A stretch of 64,000 bases of DNA from the NCBI GenBank assembly GCA_002269645.1, contig NIVC01000250.1, positions 124,001 to 188,000 of the forward strand, read 5' to 3'. A model generated the notes under the pieces. The model searched no databases. It had not been told where the DNA came from and saw only the letters and a list, made by a program, of their open reading frames with translations. Source of the stretch: Macrostomum lignano. Lineage: Eukaryota. Numbering within the stretch: position 1 is the stretch's first letter; every line of letters begins with the position of its first letter. This document shows, piece by piece, positions 1 to 13,000 of the stretch. Position numbers and translations under genes: made by a program.

Positions 1-149
1 GGAGAGCTAGTTTTTTATCTGGATATTTTTGTTAGTTAAAAAATTAACCAGAAATTTTGTAGAGTGCGGCAGTGCTGGAGGAAATGCTTTGAGACAATGG
101 ACGCTTGACACTTGTAAATAAATATTAATAAATATGTAGCACCCCTCAT

Positions 150-2592
150 GGCACTCCTGCCCCAGGTCACTCTACCTTCATTTCACTCTCCCTTCATTTC
201 ACTCTTACTTCATGTCACTCTCCTTTCTTGTCACTCTCCTTTCATGTCACTCTCCCTTCATGTCACTCTCCCTTCATGTCACTCTCCTTTCATGTCACTC
301 TCCCTTCATGTCACTCTCCCTTCATGTCACTCGCCTTTCATTTCACTCTCCCTTCATGTCACTCTCCATTCATGTCACTCTTACTTCATGTCACTCTCCC
401 TTCATGTCACTCTCCCTTCATGTCACTCTCCATTCATGTCACTCTACCTTCATGTCACTCTCCCTTCATGTCACTCTCCCTTCATGTCACTCTTACTTCA
501 TGTCACTCTTACTTCATGTCACTCTCCTTTCATGTCACTCTCCATTCATGTCACTCTCCCTTCATGTAACTCTCCCTTCATGTCACTCTCCTTTCATGTC
601 ACTCTCCCTTCATGTCACTCTCCCTTCATGTCACTCGCCTTTCATTTCACTCTCCCTTCATGTCACTCTCCCTTCATGTCACTCTCCTTTCATTTCACTC
701 TCCCTTCATGTCACTCTCCATTCATGTCACTCTTACTTCATGTCACTCTCCGTTCATGTCACTCTCCCTTCATGTCACTCTCCCTTCATGTCACTCTCCG
801 TTCATGTCACTCTTACTTCATGTCACTCTCCCTTCATGTCACTCTTACTTCATGTCACTCTTACTTCATGTCACTCTCCCTTCATGTCACTCTCCGTTCA
901 TGTCACTCTCCCTTCATGTCACTCTCCCTTCATGTCACTCTCCCTTCATGTCACTCTCCTTTCATATCACTCTCCCTTCATGTCACTCTCCCTTCATGTC
1001 ACTCTCCACTCATGTCACTCTCCCTTCATGTCACTCTCCTTTCATTTCACTCTCCCTTCATGTCACTCTCCATTCATGTCACTCTTACTTCATGTCACTC
1101 TTACTTCATGTCACTCTCCCTTCATGTCACTCTCCATTCATGTCACTCTACCTTCATGTCACTCTCCCTTCATGTCACTCTTACTTCATGTCACTCTTAC
1201 TTCATGTCACTCTTACTTCATGTCACTCTTACTTCATGTCACTCTTACTTCATGTCACTCTCCGTTCATGTCACTCTCCCTTCATGTCACTCTCCCTTCA
1301 GGTCACTCTCCCTTCATGTCACTCTCCCTTCATGTCACTCTTACTTCATGTCACTCTTACTTCATGTCACTCTTACTTCATGTCACTCTCCCTTCATGTC
1401 ACTCTCCCTTTATGTCACTCTCCCTTCATGTCACTCTCCCTTCATGTCACTCTCCCTTCAGGTCACTCTCCCTTCATGTCACTCTCCCTTCAGGTCTCTC
1501 TCCCTTCATGCCACTCTCCCTTCATGTCACTCTCCTTTCATGTCACTCTCCCTTCATGTCACTCTCCCTTCATGTCACTCTCCTTTCATGTCACTCTCCC
1601 TTCATGTCACTCTCCCTTCATGTCACTCGCCTTTCATTTCACTCTCCCTTCATGTCACTCTCCATTCATGTCACTCTTACTTCATGTCACTCTTACTTCA
1701 TGTCACTCTCCCTTCATGTCACTCTCCATTCATGTCACTCTACCTTCATGTCACTCTCCCTTCATGTCACTCTCCCTTCATGTCACTCTTACTTCATGTC
1801 ACTCTTACTTCATGTCACTCTTACTTCATGTCACTCTCCCTTCATGTCACTCTCCGTTCATGTCACTCTCCCTTCATGTCACTCTCCCTTCATGTCACTC
1901 TCCTTTCATGTCACTCTCCCTTCATGTCACTCTCCCTTCATGTCACTCTCCACTCATGTCACTCTCCCTTCATGTCACTCTCCTTTCATTTCACTCTCCC
2001 TTCATGTCACTCTCCATTCATGTCACTCTTACTTCATGTCACTCTTACTTCATGTCACTCTCCCTTCATGTCACTCTCCATTCATGTCACTCTCCGTTCA
2101 TGTCACTCTTACTTCATGTCACTCTTACTTCATGTCACTCTTACTTCATGTCACTCTTACTTCATGTCACTCTTACTTCATGTCACTCTTACTTCATGTC
2201 ACTCTCCCTTCATGTCACTCTCCCTTCATGTCACTCTCCCTTCAGGTTATTCTCCCTTCATGTCACTCTCCCTTCAGGTCACTCTCCCTTCAGGTCACTC
2301 TCCCTTCAGGTCACTCTCCCTTCAGGTCACTCTCCCTTCAGGTCACTCTCCCTTCAGGTCACTCTCCCTTCAGGTCACTCTCCCTTCAGGTCACTCTCCC
2401 TTCAGGTCACTCTCCCTTCAGGTCACTCTCCCTTCAGGTCACTCTCCCTTCAGGTCACTCTCCCTTCAGGTCACTCTCCCTTCAGGTCACTCTCCCTTCA
2501 GGTCACTCTCCCTTCAGGTCACTCTCCCTTCAGGTCACTCTCCCTTCAGGTCACTCTCCCTTCAGGTCACTCTCCCTTCAGGTCACTCTCCC
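150..2592 (+). repeat. 16-bp minisatellite (CATGTCACTCTCCCTT)n in the intron upstream of the first innexin exon seen
   Basis: About 150 tandem 16-nt units with variants (CTTA, CATT, CGTT). The last ~20 units read CAGGTCACTCTCCCTT. The 16-nt period explains the 16-aa-periodic ORFs in all three frames. Confidence 0.97.
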
Positions 2593-2932
2593 TACATCTC
2601 AATTCGATTTCAGTTCCGGCAGGTAACAATTGACTGAAAATCGTTGATTTTATTAAATTCACTTTGATAGAAAATTCCAGCTGAATGGATAATCGAAATC
2701 TCATTGAATTAATAATGATTGATGAGATGAAAATTTCGTTGATAAATTTGATTGATTTGATTAAATAAATTTTCCCTGCAGCTATGGATTTCAAGCGAAT
2801 AAGAGCACAAAACAAACAGCAGCTCAGGTAGAAAAGTGAGCCAATAGAGAGAAATGCATAAAAGAGTTTCATCATAAAAATTCAGCAATTTTCCTTGACC
2901 AGTTCTCTATCTCTATCCTACTCGAATCCCAG

Positions 2933-5900
2933 GCAAGCCGATCCAATGCTGGATCCCGCAAGAGTTCACCAGAGGCTGGGAGGAGTACGCCGAGAACTAC
3001 TGCTGGGTGGCGAATACATACTATGCCTCTCTGGAGGCCGACCATCTTCCTGAAGAGCAGTCCAGAAGCCGCCTCACCATCACCTACTATCAGTGGGCTC
3101 CCATCGTACTAGCTGTGCAGGCGCTAATGTTCTACATTCCCTGCCTCATCTGGCGCCTGTTCATGAACTATTCCGGTTTCAATGTTCGCCGCCTACTGCA
3201 AATGGCTGCCGACGCCAATGTGGTCATCCCTGAGGCGCTTAATAAAAATGTCCGGTTCATGGCGAGGTGAGCACTGACCTTGATCCTAACCATGAACCCC
3301 TATACACTATTTACTTCAGCAGAATTATTTTTAAACGCTAAATCACTCCCTTGCCCAACACCCACCCCTCACTCACTTGCCCAACACCCACCCCTCACTC
3401 ACTTGCCCAACACCCACCCCTCACTCCCTTGCCCAACACCCACACCCCTCACTCCCTAGCCCCAACAACCAACCCCATCACTCCCTTGCCCCAACACCCA
3501 CCCCTCACTCTCTTGCCCCAACACCCACCCCTCACTCCCTTGCCCAACATTCAACCCCCTCACTCCCTCACTCCCTTGCCCCAACACCCAAACCCCTCAC
3601 TCCCTTGTCCCAACACCCACTCCTCACTCCCTTGCCCCAACACCCACCCCTCACCACCTTGCCCCAACACCCAACCCCCTCACTCCCTTGCCCCAACACC
3701 CACCCCTCACTCTCTTGCCCCAACACCCCCTCACCCCTTGCCCCAACACCCACCCCTCACTCTCTTGCCCCAACACCCCCTCACCCCCTTGCCCCAACAC
3801 CCACCCCTCACTCTCTTGCCCCAACACCCCCTCACCCCCTTGCCCCAACACCCACCCCTCACTCTCTTGCCCCAACACCCATGTCTCACTTTGCAACCTC
3901 ATTTCAACTCATTTCTTTCCAGCCCTTAGCCCCCCAACCGTCACACTCTAACACAATCCGCCCCTCCCCAACCCCCAGGTACATGGAGGGCTGCATCTAC
4001 CGCCAGCGCGAGTACAAACGCGGTCTGGGCGTCCGAATCCGGCGCTGCCTGTCGGCCTGCAGCTGCATCTGCTGTGGCAAGCGGCACGGCAATTTCCTTG
4101 TAGTTTTGTACTTTTTCGTGAAACTGCTCTACCTTTTAAACGCGTTTGGTCAGCTCTATCTTATGGAGAAATTCGTGGGAACAACGCACACCTTCTTCGG
4201 ATTCAGAGTGCTGCTGGACATTCTGCAGGGCGTGCACTGGTACAGATCCTCCAATTTCCCCAGGGTCACCTTCTGCGACCTGCAGGCGAGAAAGATCGGA
4301 GTGAACTATCGGTGAGTCTGCGAGTCCTATCTCTCATTTAATCTAGCCTCAAGAATCTCATCTCCCATCTAATCTAGCTTCCAGAATCTCATCTCCCATC
4401 TAGTCTAGCTTCAAGAATCGCATTTCTTATCTAATATAGCCTCCAGAATCTCATCTCCCATCTAATCTAGCTTTCAGAATCTCATCTCTCACCTAATCTA
4501 GCTTCCAGAATCTCATCTCCCATCTAATCTAGCCTCAAGAATCTCATCTCCCATCTAATCTAGCTTCCAAAATATCATCTCCCATCTAATCTAGCTTTCA
4601 GAATCTCATCTCCCATCTAATCTAGTTACCTCCTCAGATCTTATCTCCCATCTAATCTAGTTACCTCCTCAAATCTCATCTCCCATCTAATCTAGTCCCC
4701 TCCTCAAATCATATCTCCCATCTAATCTAGCTCCGGTAGCTCCTCTCCCATCTAGTCTGACATCTAGCCATCCAACACGGCTCCCAATCTCATCCCTATT
4801 ACCCCATCACAGCTGCAGTCGCAAACTTGGTTAGCATTGAAGTCCAAGCATGCTTGCCGATCTCATAAAATTTGCAAGTCTACGAAGCTCTCTTCTCAAG
4901 TCGTGCGATTCTCCAAATTATGTCCCCCCTGCCCCAGGCTGGCAACTTCATCCCTCCTGCTCCCCGGAATCCCACCCCCCCTCCCCACTTAGAGACACTT
5001 CTTGCCCACTCTGCTTACGCATGGATGCCCCCTACTCACCAAACGGCAACAAGAGGCGGCTGCCCTTGCAAGTGCATAAACTGATGTCCAGAAAGTACAT
5101 CAATCGATGCCTGCGCCTGCTCTGAATTGCAAATAAAGTACAGTGTCTGTCGGCTTGTTTTCGTAGCGAATAGAATATCTTCACTGATGCATATTTTGCA
5201 TTTTCGAGTGGCTAAACAATAAACAGCCGACTCACTGTGAGCGGGTTGGCTGAGAAAATACAAAAGCAGAGTTAAATTGGTTAGAATAAGCCGGTGAAAA
5301 CTGACATGAGGAAGACTGAGAGGATGAGATTAGGATGACATTGAGATGTCTGAGAGTGAGATTAATGAAAGTGAAATGGTTGAGTGAGTGACATGGGTGA
5401 GAGTGACATGGGTGACAGTGACATGGGTGAGTGACATGGGTGAGAGTCACATGAGTGAGAGTGACATAGATGAGAATGACATGGGTGAGAGTGACATGAG
5501 TGAGAGTGACATGGGTGAGAGTGAAATGGATGAGGAAGACATGGGTGACAGTGACATGGGTGAGAGTGACATGGGTGAGAGTGACGTGGGTGAGAGTGAC
5601 ATGGGTGAGAGTGACATGGATGAGGAAGACATGGGTGACAGTGACATGGGTGAGTGACATGGGTGAGTGACATGGGTGAGTGACACGGGTCAGAGTCACA
5701 TAAGTGAGAGTGACATCGATGAGAATGACATGGGTGAGAGTGACATGGGTGAGTGACATGGATGAGGAAGACATGGGTGAGAGTGACATGGGTGAGATAG
5801 ACATGGTTGAGAGTGACATGGGTGAGTGTGACATCGGTGAGAGTGACATGAGTGAGAGTGACATGACTAAGAGTGACATGAGTGAGAGTGACATGGGTGA

Positions 5901-7448
5901 GAGTGACATGACTAAGAGTGACATGGGTGAGGAAGACATGGGTGACAGTGACATGGGTGAGTGACATGGATGAGGAAGACATGGGTGAGAGTGACATGGG
6001 TGAGATAGACATGGTTGAGAGTGACATGGGTGAGTGTGACATCGGTGAGAGTGACATGAGTGAGAGTGACATGACTAAGAGTGACATGAGTGAGAGTGAC
6101 ATGGGTGAGAGTGACATGACTAAGAGTGACATGGGTGAGGAAGACATGGGTGACAGTGACATGGGTGAGTGACATGGTGAGTGACATGGGTGAGAGTCAC
6201 ATAAGTGAGAGTGACATCGATGAGAATGACATGGGTGAGAGTGACATGGGTGAGTGACATGGATGAGGAAGACATGGGTGAGAGTGACATGGGTGAGATA
6301 GACATGGTTGAGAGTGACATGGGTGAGTGTGACATCGGTGAGAGTGACATGAGTGAGAGTGACATGACTAAGAGTGACATGGGTGAGAGTGACATGGGTG
6401 AGAGTGACATGGGTGAGAGTGACATGGGTGAGAGTGACATGGGTGAGAGTGACATGACTAAGAGTGACATGGGTGAGAGTGACATGACTAAGAGTGACAT
6501 GGGTGAGATTGACATGGGTGAGAATGACATGGGTGAGAGTGACATGGGTGAGAGTGACATGGGTGAGAGTGACATGGGTGAGAGTGACATGGGTGAGAGT
6601 GACATGGGTGAGAGTGACATGGGTGAGAGTGACATGGGTGAGAGTGACATGGGTGAGAGTGACATGACTAAGAGTGACATGGGTGAGAGTGACATGGGTG
6701 AGAGTGACATGAGTGAGAGTGACATGAGTGAGAGTGACATGGGTGAGAGTGACATGGGTGAGAGTGACATGAGTGAGAGTGACATGGGTGAGAGTGACAT
6801 GAGTGAGTGACAGGGACATGAGAGTGAGTTGGAGAACCTAAGCGATACAGTAGACTTTCAAGTTAAGAATGAAAAGATGACGAACCCAGACTCACCAGGC
6901 TCTCAAAACGCATTCCGAACTCCACCAGCTACACCCTGCAGTGCGTGCTGCCGCTGAATATGTTCCTGGAGAAGATCTACGTGTTTCTGTGGTTCTGGGT
7001 GGCCCTGGTGAGCGTCATCACAATGTCGTCCTTCGTCAGCTGGTTCTGCCGAATGGCTTTCGCCCGCCGGCGGACCGGCTTCGTGCGCAAATACCTGAAG
7101 ATCATGAACGCGCTGAAGGACACCGACAGGCTCACCAGCCGGAAATTCGTAGAAAACTATCTCCGCGTTGACGGGGTGTTCATCCTGCGACTCGTCTCCG
7201 CCAACTGCGGCGACATTGTGGCAGGCGACCTCGCCTGCGAACTGTGGAGCATCTATCGGCTCAAGCGTCTGCAGGAGCTGGAGGACACCAAGCTTGACGC
7301 CGCGGCCTGCTGCCATCACGACTTGCGACGGCACGCGACGAATAACAACACGAATGCGAACAGCTCGACTGCAGCAGCAGCAGCCGCCGCTGTGGTGGCC
7401 AACATCGGCAACAGCAACAACAATGCCGCGGATGAGAATATCGTCTGA
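2933..7448 (+). CDS. Innexin (gap-junction protein), 5'-partial; exons 2933-3266, 3979-4311, 6929-7448
   Basis: The spliced translation shows innexin hallmarks: GKPIQCWIPQEF..YAENYCW, TYYQWAPIVLAVQALMFYIPCLIW, FPRVTFCD, YTLQCVLPLNMFLEKIYVFLWFW. Canonical junctions with matching phases: cccag|GC; AG|gtgagc..cccag|G; CG|gtgagt..ccag|C. Stop TGA at 7446-7448. The N-terminal TM1 exon lies upstream of the window. Confidence 0.96.
3345..3880 (+). repeat. ~27-bp C-rich minisatellite (CACCCACCCCTCACTCCCTTGCCCCAA)n in innexin intron
   Basis: Tandem units read directly; source of the Pro/His/Thr-rich spurious ORFs. Confidence 0.93.
4330..4760 (+). repeat. ~31-bp minisatellite (CCAGAATCTCATCTCCCATCTAATCTAGCTT)n in innexin intron
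   Basis: About 13 diverged tandem units starting ~20 nt after the donor at 4312. Confidence 0.92.
5388..6810 (-). repeat. 15-bp minisatellite (GTGACATGGGTGAGA)n; reverse complement CATGTCACTCTCACC
   Basis: About 95 units with higher-order duplicated blocks. Shares the 12-nt core CATGTCACTCTC with the 150-2592 array, in opposite orientation. Confidence 0.96.
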
Positions 7449-8647
7449 CATCTGGCTGGTGTGTGCTCAACTGTTCTCTAATCAATACTATTAAAAGTAT
7501 TTCGGTAACAGTACTGAACTACTCAACTTTAAATTAATAATTAATTTTCCTGCTTTGTCTGAACGGTGAGCCGCGGGAGCTGTCTGGAAAAAATTCATTA
7601 AGGACTTTACGTCTACGAGTACTTCAAGGTTCAACTTAGTACTTTGAAAGGGCCAAAAAGCCAATTGTGTGTACTGCACTAACATAAACAGATCAATCAA
7701 GGCACCAGCAAGGAGCCATGCAGTTACATAGTACGTCGAACCCTAAGCACGCACACGCCATCAGGCACGTACATATGATGTACACACGATGCCTTATGAT
7801 TGGCTCATGTGAATCGATTTTGAAAATCAGTGCAGAGAATGGATTTTCCCATGGATGCATGTTGTAAATGTAGCATTATTAGCCATTCTTCACCCCCGAA
7901 ATCATTTCCTAAGAAATATTTAATCATATATTTTTCAAGGCCTACTCAATGCGCCATTCATATTTCTGCAAAGATATATTTGCTGCATCTCTGTGAACTT
8001 TGAACTACCTTCAAAACAGTTCCACCACTCAATCAGAAGGAGATCATTTTGTATATGTATGTATATAAATTAGAAAAAACGTTAAGTACTACTCAGTAGG
8101 CCGAATCGGCAGTAGTAGAGACGGAATCATCACATATCTTTAGTTGAAGCACAAAACCATTGCATTCGGTTTTACCTGCAATCGATATTTTTTAAATGTT
8201 ACAATTTTTAAGTCTCCAAAGCGGCTTAAGATTTTTTGAATATGTTCAATCGAAATAAAGTTTTGTTCATTTGAAAAGCGCGCATTAAATTAAAACAAAA
8301 TAATGTAAAACATTTAAGTATGAATTAAAACAAACCTGTCGCGCATATTATCTTGAAAGCAATGGCAAAAAATAAATGTCTATCACATGCCGTTGGTCAA
8401 GTTTTCACAAGTTATAAGGGACATTAATACTGCACACATTTGTGACAAGGTAGCTCAAGACTGGCTAGAATTTATCTATTTGAATATAACTATTGTTACC
8501 TGTGTGTGACAAAATGCACGCACTCTACAAGACAACAGTTGCAGACTTTGACATTTACGTATCTTCGAAGCCCGTTATTTACTTGCGTGAGGTGCAGCAC
8601 AGATCTGAAAAATAAGCATAATGACTGACAGGTTCGGCTGAATTTAC

Positions 8648-8815
8648 CTGAGGATCTGGGAGGCTGGCTCAGCAACTGAGGATCTGGGAGGCTGGCTCAG
8701 CAACTGGGGATCTGGGAGGCTGGCCCAGCTACTGAGGATCTGGGAGGCTGGCCCAGCAACTGAGGATCTGGGAGGCTGGCTCAGCAACTGAGGATCTGGG
8801 AGGCTGGCCCAGCAA
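8648..8815 (+). repeat. 28-bp minisatellite (CTGAGGATCTGGGAGGCTGGCYCAGCAA) x6, intergenic
   Basis: Six near-identical units at 28-nt spacing. Confidence 0.95.
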
Positions 8816-10024
8816 CCGAGATCTACGTGTAAGGTGGCAGCATGACAAACAATAGGTGAATCATAGGACAATAAATGTCACCAACTTACACGTCACTAAC
8901 CAACCAAAGGTTTAATGCTGTTGTGATTGAAAACTTTTAAAGTAAGCTACAAATCCCACAATACATCGAGCAATAATTGATAAAATCAAAACTGTTACGA
9001 ATTACTGACTCCATATAACCGGATACAGTTACTCCAACGTTGAGGAAATGGAATTGACACCACTGCACATTTAATGATAACAACTATTCACCAGGTCACC
9101 ATCACCAGCGAGTGTCTCTGGTTTTTTTACCTCTAAAGCAGTTGGACTTCGTGCGTCTGTTCTGTTTAATCTGTTTGAGTTATTAATAAAATAAGAAGAC
9201 AGTTAAGACAATAGAACTACAGCCAGTTGTTTCCAAAAAAATGTTCCGGGACACAGCAAAGTAGCCAACTTATTTTTTAATGTTTTAATGACGGGCCTGC
9301 TGCACCGAGTTTGTTAATAATAGTATGAATAATTAATGATAAAATATTACCACACATCACGGCCTCCTAATCATCAGAGAAGCGGAAAGCTGAGAGAATT
9401 AACGGCGGTAGATTTCAAAAGCAAAAGAATTTTTTGTCGAATGAAGCAAATTTCGTTGTTTCTTCATTTTTCAACTCACGCATGCAAACTATGCTACTTA
9501 CAATTAGGCATCAAACAGTAGTACGATGAAAACGTCCCAGAAGCGCGACTCAGAGTCTATTTGCAAGGCGTTTTATTGTTTGCGACTATGGGGCCGGACA
9601 GTCATACCTTGCGACGCCAGCAGAGGTTATAAGAGTGCACTGTGCACTTCTTACTGGCTCGTCAGTTTCATTAATAAACAACAAAGCTTATAAATTTGGC
9701 TGTAAACTTGTTAATTATAGAAAATAATAATAATGACACGATGCTAGGTATAGATAAATAAATTTAGATGCTCATCTGTGGATCGAATCAGGAAGTGCAC
9801 ACAGATCGGGACGTCTGCGGAAGAATATGCCAAAAAGCGGCCTAATTATATGGAGCTAAACAAAAAACACACGAACGCGAATACACACAGAATAGAATTT
9901 TTACGGCCTACTAATAGTAATATACTAATGAGAACTACAGAGAAAATCCAATGTCAGTCAGTATAAAATACTTTAAATAAACTGTCATATTGAATTCATA
10001 TTGAGCTGCTGGCCCAGCACATCA

Positions 10025-13000
10025 TCAGCTTACTGGCAACGCTTCTTCGGATGCAGAGTTCTGCTGCTCCTGCTGTTCCTTCATCTTCTGGCCTTCTGGC
10101 TCACCTGACTCATTGCTTGCGCCTCCGTTAGCTGCGGCGTGCTGCCCGCCTTCAGCCTGCAGTTCGGGGCAGTTGGAATTGGGGCTTTCATGCTCTGAAA
10201 CCCCTCTGAGACCCCTGTCACCTGCCCTGATCACTGACTGTGAGACCCCTGTCTCCTGCCTGATCACTGACTGTGAGACCCCTGTCTCCTGCCTGATCAC
10301 TGACTGTGAGACCCCTGTCACCTGCCCTGATCACTGACTGTGAGACCCCTGTCACCTGCTCTGATCACTGACTGTGAGACCCCTGTCACCTGCCCACTGC
10401 CCTGATCACTGACTGTGAGACCCCTGTCACCTGCCCACTGCCCTGATCACTGACTGTGAGACCCCTGTCTCCTGCCCTGATCACTGACTGTGAGACCCCT
10501 GTCTCCTGCCCTGATCACTGACTGTGAGACCCCTGTCACCTGCTCTGATCACTGACTGTGAGACCCCTGTCACCTGCCCACTGCCCTGATCACTGACTGT
10601 GAGACCCCTGTCTCCTGCCCTGATCACTGACTGTGAGACCCCTGTCACCTGCTCTGATCACTGACTGTGAGACCCCTGTCACCTGCCCACTGCCCTGATC
10701 ACTGACTGTGAGACCCCTGTCTCCTGCCCTGATCACTGACTGTGAGACCCCTGTCTCCTGCCCTGATCACTGACTATGAGACCCCTGTCTCCTGCCCTGA
10801 TCACTGACTGTGAGACCCCTGTCTCCTGCCCTGATCACTGACTGTGAGACCCCTGTCTCCTGCCCTGATCACTGACTGTGAGACCCCTGTCACCTGCCCT
10901 GATCACTGACTGTGAGACCCCTGTCTCCTGCCCTGATCACTGACTGTGAGACCCCTGTCTCCTGCCCTGATCACTGACTGTGAGACCCCTGTCTCCTGCC
11001 CTGATCACTGACTGTGAGACCCCCGTCACCTGCCCTGATCACAGACTGTGAGACCCCTGTCACCTGCCCTGATCAAAGACTGAGACCCCTGTCATCGCCA
11101 ACACCACAAATGACCCATTCACGCTGCTAGAGCACTAAATGACCCCTACTGTTACGCAGTGATCAAGCACAAACCGCACCTGTTGCAGGCGATCCAGAAA
11201 GCCCTGCGACTTGGCCCGCTCCTCGGACAGCTCAGTTTCCATGCGAGTTCGAATCTTGAAAAAATCAGATAAAAACGACAATGCAACACGCTGTGAAGCA
11301 GGAATAAACAGATAAAATTCAATAGCAAAAGCACAAACCTCGGCATCCTTCTCCCGCTCTGCACTGTCAGCCTGCAGCTGATTCTTCAACTCGGCCAGCT
11401 CCCGTTCAATCTGCAAATAAATTGCCACCGATTAGCGATCTGGGAGGGTGACAGTGGTGCTGAATCTCAGGAGCATGGAGTGCTCAATCTCAGGACCAAA
11501 GTGTGCTCTATCTCAGGACCAAAGTGTGCTCAATCTCAGGGCCAAAGAGTGCTCAATCTCAGGACCAAAGAGTGCTCGATCTCAGGATCAAAGAGTGCTC
11601 AATCTCAGGAGCATGGAGTGCTTAATCTCAGGGCCAAAGAGTGCTTAATCTCAAGACCGAAGAGTGCTTAATCTCAGGAGCATAGAGTGCTCAATCTCAG
11701 GAGCATGGAGTGCTCAATCTCGGGACCAAACAGTGCTCAATCTCAGGATCAAAGAGTGCTCAATCTCAAGACCGAAGAGTGCTCAATCTCAGGACCAAAG
11801 AGTGCTTAATCTCAGGAGCATGGAGTGCTCAATCTCAGGACCAAAGAGTGCTCAATCTCAGGACCAAAGAGTGCTCAATCTCAGGATCAAAGAGTGCTCA
11901 ATCTCAAGACCGAAGAGTGCTCAATCTCAGGACCAAAGAGTGCTTAATCTCAGGAGCATGGAGTGCTCAATCTCAGGACCAAATAGTGCTCAATATCAGG
12001 AGCATGGAATGCTCAATCTCAGGACCAAATAGTGCTCAATCTCAGGAGCATGGAGTGCTCAATCTCAAGACCAAAGAGTGCTCAATCTCAGGACCAAAAA
12101 GTGCTCAATCTCAGGACCAAAAAGTGCCTAATCTGAGGACGTCAAATTAAGGGTGCTTAATTTGAGGATCTGAGTGTGCTCAATTTGAGGATATGTGAAA
12201 GTGGAACATGGCACCACAGGCCTCACCGCCTCCTTGGCCGCCAGCGCGGATTTGTACTGTTCGCAGTCGGCCTCAGCAGATTTGAGCGCCTCGCGCCATT
12301 TTGCTTCTTCCTCTTCTACCGAGTTCTCCAGCTTTTTGAGCACAGACTCAGAATACTCCAGCGCAGATTTGTGCTTGGCAATCTCCTGAGCAGCAGCCGA
12401 ATCGCGTTCCCCAGCCGACCTCTGCGCCGCTTCCAGCTGCTCGCGAAGACTCGCAGTTTCCGCTTGGGCACGCGCCGCCTCCTCCTTGGCGCCATTGAGT
12501 TCCGCTTGGGCGCGCGCCGCCTCCTCCTTGGCGCCATTGAGTTCCGCTTGGGCGCGCGCCGCTTCCTCTTTGGCGCCATTGAGTTCCGCTTGGGCGCGCG
12601 CCGCTTCCTCCTTGGCGCCATTGAGTTCCGCTTGGGCGCGCGCCGCTTCCTCCTTGGCGCCATTGAGTTCCGCTTGGGCGCGCGCAGCTTCCTCTTTATC
12701 GCCGGAGATGCCCTCCCTGGCGCGCGCTGCTTCTTCCTTGGCGCGCGCTGCCTCTTCTTTGGCGCCGTCAATTTCGGCGCGAGCAGTTTCCTCAAACTTG
12801 GCGCGCTCAGAGCGAAGCGCCATCAACTCGGACTGGATGGCGCGCCTGTCGGACTCAGCCTGAGTAGCCCGGTTTTCGGCCTGCCGCAAAGCATCCTGAA
12901 TCGTTAGCGGGGGGGGGGCAAATTAAAATTAGCAGCAGAAACTACTTGATTTTGTGCTGCCGAAAATCCTTCCACCTGCTTTTGGATTTTAAAATAGAAT

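Noticed and set aside
148-2637. Four long plus-strand ORFs (up to 829 aa, MSLSLHVTLPSCHSPF repeats)
   Set aside because: Products of a stop-free 16-bp intronic minisatellite, open in all three frames.
4800-5260. Short ORFs in an innexin intron as a possible alternative exon
   Set aside because: No innexin similarity and no phase-compatible splice sites identified.
5232-6819. VTLTH, MSLSP and ESDMG repeat ORFs on both strands
   Set aside because: Translations of the 15-bp array inside an innexin intron. No splice or domain support.
8100-8480. Minus-strand AT-rich reading fragment (RFSNEQNFISIEHIQKILSRFGDLK) as a transposase remnant
   Set aside because: No diagnostic motif recognisable without a database search.
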